Below the pieces are notes generated by a model, which saw nothing but the letters and a program-made list of their open reading frames with translations, ran no database searches and was not told the DNA's origin. A program made the translations under genes and the position numbers. A DNA stretch of 64,000 nucleotides from Oopsacas minuta (Eukaryota; Animalia; Porifera), in assembly GCA_024704765.1 (NCBI GenBank), contig JAKMXF010000297.1:1-64000 (forward strand), in the 5' to 3' direction. This document shows positions 59,365 to 64,000 of this stretch, in pieces. Positions within the stretch are counted from its first letter, which is position 1. Every line of letters starts with the position of its first letter.

Positions 59365-60531
59365 TTAAGTTTGATTAATGGATTTAATAGAGCGTATAAC
59401 AACCCTATTGAATTCACAGGTGTTGTTAGCATACACATGGTGTGAAGAATGTGCTACCATAGATATTGAAACTTCATTGTCTATATAATCATTCAAATCT
59501 CTAGCTGGTTGAGGACTCATCCATGAAAGGTCTCCGTAGATAAATTCCATTGTAATAATAGGATCCATTCTCTTGATTGACTCGGGGAATAGTGGTTGTC
59601 TACAGTACCCAAATGGTATGTGTAGTCGAGTAAATGCCTCCTCACCTGAGGGATACTGCCCATTCAAGTGTAAGAAATAATCACCAAGAGTATCAGCATC
59701 TATCATATCTTCATAGCTCTCTATCAGATCCTTGCGAAACCTCATAAACAAGGGCTTGCCAATTCCAAATCCTAAACGCACGAATGAGAATGGTAGGAAA
59801 TACTTGAGATATCTTGTTATCATTCCGAATAGAAATCTATACAGTTTGTATTTAAATGTACCTCTCCTTGGATACCACTGTGGTCTTTCACTATTTCTCT
59901 TTTCAGTAACATCCTGCCTAGCACTGTATGGAGGATATCCCCATGGCTCCACTAGTATCAGTTTAGCTATATTATCCGGATACCTCATAGCATACCAAGT
60001 ACTCAAATATCCTCCGAAACTATGTCCCAACAGGATGAACTTATTCAAACCAACAGCTACTCTCCAGTCTTCCAGAGACTGTATATATTGCTGTACTATC
60101 TGATTCGGCCGTGTGCTAAAATTGGGCCGAGAGCTCCTTCCGAATCCTAGCAGGTCGATTGCATACACATCTGCATGCTGACAGATCGTGTCAAAGTTCT
60201 TGATAAACATCCCTAGTCCAACACCAAACCCGTGTAGCAAAACAATAGGGGGGGCAGGCGTTGCAGTCTCAGATTTACATTTGAAATGTAGAGTATTGAT
60301 AGTAGTATGAGGTCCTATCTGTACCTGCTCTTGAGTATATTCACTCACTATTTTCTTTAACATTTTCTGTTCCACGTATTGAAGCTGTGTAGGGTTAGAC
60401 ACAAGACGGTAGTACTTAGTGATAATGGCACGAGCCCAGTTAGAATTCTCTAAGGAGGTGTGGTAGAACCTTTCTTGGTCATTGTTCGGGTGGAGTAGTG
60501 GATCATCTTCAAACATTCTATCTATTGTCAT
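59365..60531 (-). CDS. ABHD4: ABHD4/ABHD5 (CGI-58) family alpha/beta hydrolase
   Basis: PIVLLHGFGVGLG, VYAIDLLGFGRSSRP, LLGHSFGGYL (Ser nucleophile present, ABHD4-like), LILVEPWG, PSGEEAF and FIYG..SWM. Confidence 0.8.
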   Translation of the reverse strand: MTIDRMFEDDPLLHPNNDQERFYHTSLENSNWARAIITKYYRLVSNPTQLQYVEQKMLKKIVSEYTQEQVQIGPHTTINTLHFKCKSETATPAPPIVLLHGFGVGLGMFIKNFDTICQHADVYAIDLLGFGRSSRPNFSTRPNQIVQQYIQSLEDWRVAVGLNKFILLGHSFGGYLSTWYAMRYPDNIAKLILVEPWGYPPYSARQDVTEKRNSERPQWYPRRGTFKYKLYRFLFGMITRYLKYFLPFSFVRLGFGIGKPLFMRFRKDLIESYEDMIDADTLGDYFLHLNGQYPSGEEAFTRLHIPFGYCRQPLFPESIKRMDPIITMEFIYGDLSWMSPQPARDLNDYIDNEVSISMVAHSSHHVYANNTCEFNRVVIRSIKSINQT

Positions 60532-60554
60532 ATAAAACTAAAATATTAGAACTA

Positions 60555-60671
60555 CAGTCAGCTCCAGTTATATAGAAGCTCAAGGGACACCTATATGTTA
60601 TTACTTCAATATAAGCGATAAATATAAACGGGTATTTCCATATATCCATGTTCCAGAACGAGACTTGACTG
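60555..60671. mobile_element. pogo/Tigger-like MITE, short copy, TA-flanked
   Basis: TA|CAGTCAGCTCC...GAGACTTGACTG|TA. The 5-prime end aligns with the copy at 61653. Confidence 0.6.
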
Positions 60672-60719
60672 TAGATATTAAACAGAGCGATAATTCGCTT
60701 GGAATAAAATGGAAACTTT

Positions 60720-61583
60720 TCATAATTTCTTCTTAATAAGTTTAATAATGAATCTAAATAGTAGCATACCATCACGTGACTGTAGTCTGTTATCAAAAAG
60801 ATTGAAATTTGACCTTTCTAGTCTATTCAAGAAGCTATTATACACAACAGAACACAAGAATACACGCTTAATGAGCGGATATTTTTGTGTTTGATTCGAG
60901 ACTAGACTAATTCCTTTTTCTAAATGCAGTTTAGCTATACTTCCCATGACTATTGCTACTTCCCTCAACCCAGAGAGATTAGATCTCCTCAATACATCTT
61001 GTTGAGAAACCTTGTACTCATTTAGGAGTGAAATAGGGATACCTACCCTCCCTCTCCTCCCAGCTAGAGGAGCAACTGCTCTCAAACATGTGACAATACC
61101 AGCTGCCTTAGCCAGGTGGCTAGCTGCATGATCTATCTCTATACTTTTTATACCAGCTGTTTCTAAGGTAAGGAACAATATAGAACCATGAGTATCTTCG
61201 CTATACTCTTCCAAGCAGGACATCTCCTTGAAGGAGCCAATAGTTAGCTCTCTCATACGAGCATTTATCAGTCTTAACAACCAGCTCTGTGACAGATTGT
61301 ACTCTCTAATTGAGAGTGTTAGAGCTAAAGCTAATGGGTGTTCGAGGAGTATACGGTTATCAGTTGTGTAAGCTCGTCTTATGATGTCATACCAAAATCC
61401 CAACTTCCTTTCACCTATCTGTGTTTGTGTTATGTGGTCACGTACAGAAGCAGTTTCCACATTGAGTGCTCTCAGAGCAAATACAGCTGATCTCTGTGGT
61501 GAGGGGAGAAGAAGAGTACAGAGATAATGCTCATAGTCTCTCTTACGTACTACCTCCAAACAGTAGTCATATGGAGAACTCAT
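60720..61583 (-). CDS. NDUFAF6: Complex I assembly factor 6 (squalene/phytoene synthase fold)
   Basis: YCLEVVRKRDYEHYLCTLLLP...FALRALNVE.A.VRD...G..KL.FW, HP.ALAL, WLLRLINAR and HAASHL.KA.GIVT.LRA. Confidence 0.92.
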   Translation of the reverse strand: MSSPYDYCLEVVRKRDYEHYLCTLLLPSPQRSAVFALRALNVETASVRDHITQTQIGERKLGFWYDIIRRAYTTDNRILLEHPLALALTLSIREYNLSQSWLLRLINARMRELTIGSFKEMSCLEEYSEDTHGSILFLTLETAGIKSIEIDHAASHLAKAAGIVTCLRAVAPLAGRRGRVGIPISLLNEYKVSQQDVLRRSNLSGLREVAIVMGSIAKLHLEKGISLVSNQTQKYPLIKRVFLCSVVYNSFLNRLERSNFNLFDNRLQSRDGMLLFRFIIKLIKKKL

Positions 61584-61652
61584 GCAGCTGATATATTGAT
61601 GTACTTTCTATAATGTCTTCAAACAGATCAAATAACATTGTATCACTGATTG

Positions 61653-61823
61653 CAGTCACCTCCCGTTATATCGAAGCTTAAGGGACCGCGAAAATTAGTT
61701 CGATATAAGCGGAGTTCAATATAATTGATGTAATTTATCACTTTTGACGTTTTGGGAACATTTTTGTACACTTTCATAGGTCAATATAACCGAGTACATA
61801 TTCGATATAACGGAAGTTGACTG
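61653..61823. mobile_element. pogo/Tigger-like MITE, 171 bp
   Basis: TG|CAGTCACCTCCCGTTATATCGAA ... TTCGATATAACGGAAGTTGACTG|TA. The inverted match is 22/25 including flanks, with internal repeats of the ATATAA(G/C)CG motif. Confidence 0.75.
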
Positions 61824-61924
61824 TAGTTAAACATGAATCAGAAAATATTAACTCAAACAGAATCTATAACTACAATAATTCAAGGATCAATTGCTACTAT
61901 TTCTAATAAGATTGGTTCATATCA

Positions 61925-64000
61925 CTAGCTATCGTCATCCTTAGCTGCACTGCTCTCCTGACCAGTGAACATAGGATACTTCTCACAGACTTTAGCCCAG
62001 TTAAGACGACCTGCTATGAGTCCAGCTGCTACCTCAGGGATTTGATAAAGAGGAATTCTCACCTGCTTCATACTGTTACGCTCTCTCATTGTAACGCTGT
62101 CATACTTCAAAGTGTCAAAGTCAATAGTAATTCCAAATGGAATAGCTATCTCGTCTGTACGAGCATAACGTCTTCCGATAGATCCACCTGAATCATCTAC
62201 TTTATGTGTAACTCCTGCATCAGTAAGACCTGATGTTATCTGCTGTATGTAATTCTGAAATACTTCATTGCTAGAAATTGGTAGTATCGAGCAGGCACAG
62301 GGGGCAATGCATGAAGGGAGGGAGAGCCAATTTCTGTTCTCATCGTCCTTTCTTCCTTGAAAATTATGTTCCAAAATAGCGTATAAGATACGCCCAATAC
62401 CAAATGATGGTTCTATAACACCAGGAGTGTATTCTTCATGATGTACCATCTTGCTTTCAGATTTAAAATGCACCATACTAGCCTCCAGCTGGAATGTCAA
62501 ATCTTTAAGCGTGACAGTTACTGGGCCATTTTTGAGAGCTCCTTCCAGCTGTTTCATTTCGCATAGCTCTAGACTGTTCAGATGTTCTAGTAGCACTTTA
62601 GAATCTGATTTGAATATCTTACCAATTTCTTGTTTATTTGGTATTATATCTAAACTCTAATAAAACAATCAGCAATAAACTGAGTATAAAAAGATACAAG
62701 TATTCAACGTGTTATCGATTACCTCTACAAAGACAGGTGCTGGAAGAGGTCGTTTAGCTGATACAATCTTCTTAGTAGCAATTGCATGAGCATTGAGATC
62801 ATAACAAGATCTATCAGCACAGCCAACGCACTCAATCCATCCGTATGATGTTAGCAGCTCTGCATCCCAGCAATCAGTAGCATAATGTGCCATCTCATTA
62901 TTCAAGTGTTGTCGGAATCGTAGTCTACCAGAATCAGCTCCAACCTTTAATAAGAATAGATGTATTCTAGCCATGAAGTAGCCTAATGTTTGATTAGCTA
63001 CCAGTCCTGTCTCTACTGCTTCTCCTATACTTACGCGCTGAGCTGAGCCTCCCTCCATCTGGGAACATCCCGAGAAGAGAGATAGCTCTGTATCTGCTAT
63101 CTGTAATCAATACATGACGTCATACAATTACAATCACCAGGTAATAATATTAGGTATAGTCACCTGAAGGAATTTAGGATGAGTCTTATCAGTTGGATCT
63201 ACAAAGTGCTCTATCTCTGCTAAGGTGAACTCTCTGACTCGTAACAGTCCAGACCCTGGACTGATCTCGTTCCTGAAGGCTTGTCCTATTTGAGCTGCCG
63301 CGAATGGGAGTTTCCCTCCGTTGAATTCGAGGAGACGTTTGAAGTTAACGAATATTCCCTGAGCAGTCTCAGGTCTTAAGTATCCTGACACCTGTTTACT
63401 CGGTCCTATACTAGTTGGGAACATAAGATTGAATTCAGTAGGCTCTGATAGAGGTTTTCCAGAGGAAGGAGAGGTTATATTGAATTCCATTATGACATCT
63501 CTTAACTCTTCCTTTCCTAAGTTATCAATTTGTCTCAGGAGCTCATCACACCTCTTCTTCACGCCCTCTGTTGTCTTCTTGTCTGCTTTAACACGCTCTA
63601 AGGAAGCTTCTAACAGATGATCAGCTCTGAAACACTCTCCTGTTACAGTATCATGTACCATGTAGTCAGTGAACTTATCCACGTGACCAGATGCTCGTAG
63701 TATAGGCTCTGGAGTCAGTACAGTACAGTCTACCTCTAACATCTGCTCTGCTAGCACAAAATGACGTCTCCACTCACTCAGGAGGTTAGCCTTGAGAGCA
63801 CACCCCATAGGACCGTAGTCAAACAGTCCTGCTACACTGGGGTAAAGAGGAAATGACGAAGCGTAAAAGAATCTTCTTTTCAACAGCTGTTCTAGTTTGG
63901 ATCTATCGAAGTGTGATTGTTTAGGTCTCATTTTAAGCTCAGCTTCTTGTAATTCTTTTTGTTTAGCTCTCAGTTTACTGACACATTGAGTAAACTCAGT
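61925..64000 (-). CDS. GARS1: Glycyl-tRNA synthetase (eukaryotic class II), 5-prime end beyond the window, 2 introns seen
   Basis: Exons >64000-63164, 63100-62723 and 62656-61925. Motifs LFDYGP.GCALKAN, ASGHVDKF, YLRPETAQGIF, FRNEISP.SGLLRVREF, HYATDCWDAE, VIEPSFGIGRI and SIGRRYARTDEI. Confidence 0.97.

Overview
This is AT-rich, gene-dense eukaryotic (animal) genomic DNA with short GT-AG introns and about 30 protein-coding genes. The gene content (SMAD1/5/8, glypican, DAPP1, TRIM-NHL, Spindly, REC114), compactness and many single-exon genes suggest an early-branching animal such as a glass sponge; this is inference and was not verified. I assembled exons by hand with phase checks. Four multi-exon host genes each carry a complete, essentially intronless gene antisense inside one enlarged intron: ABCC4-like in CASC3, SMAD1/5/8 in CWC15, DAPP1-like in DCUN1D, and TRIM-NHL in MYORG. 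The only other intron over 1 kb that I found holds an antisense hAT transposon with intact TIRs and an 8-bp TSD. The nested ABCC has an intact 1333-aa ORF but has lost nearly every ATPase motif in both NBDs. Other points of interest are a tandem pair of single-Ig receptors (one with an ITIM-like motif, one with a mucin stalk), a candidate divergent KASH-like tail-anchored protein, an FG-poor repeat-expanded NUP62 and several MITE families. No rRNA, tRNA or CRISPR array was recognised. Gene names come from recalled family motifs, not database searches.
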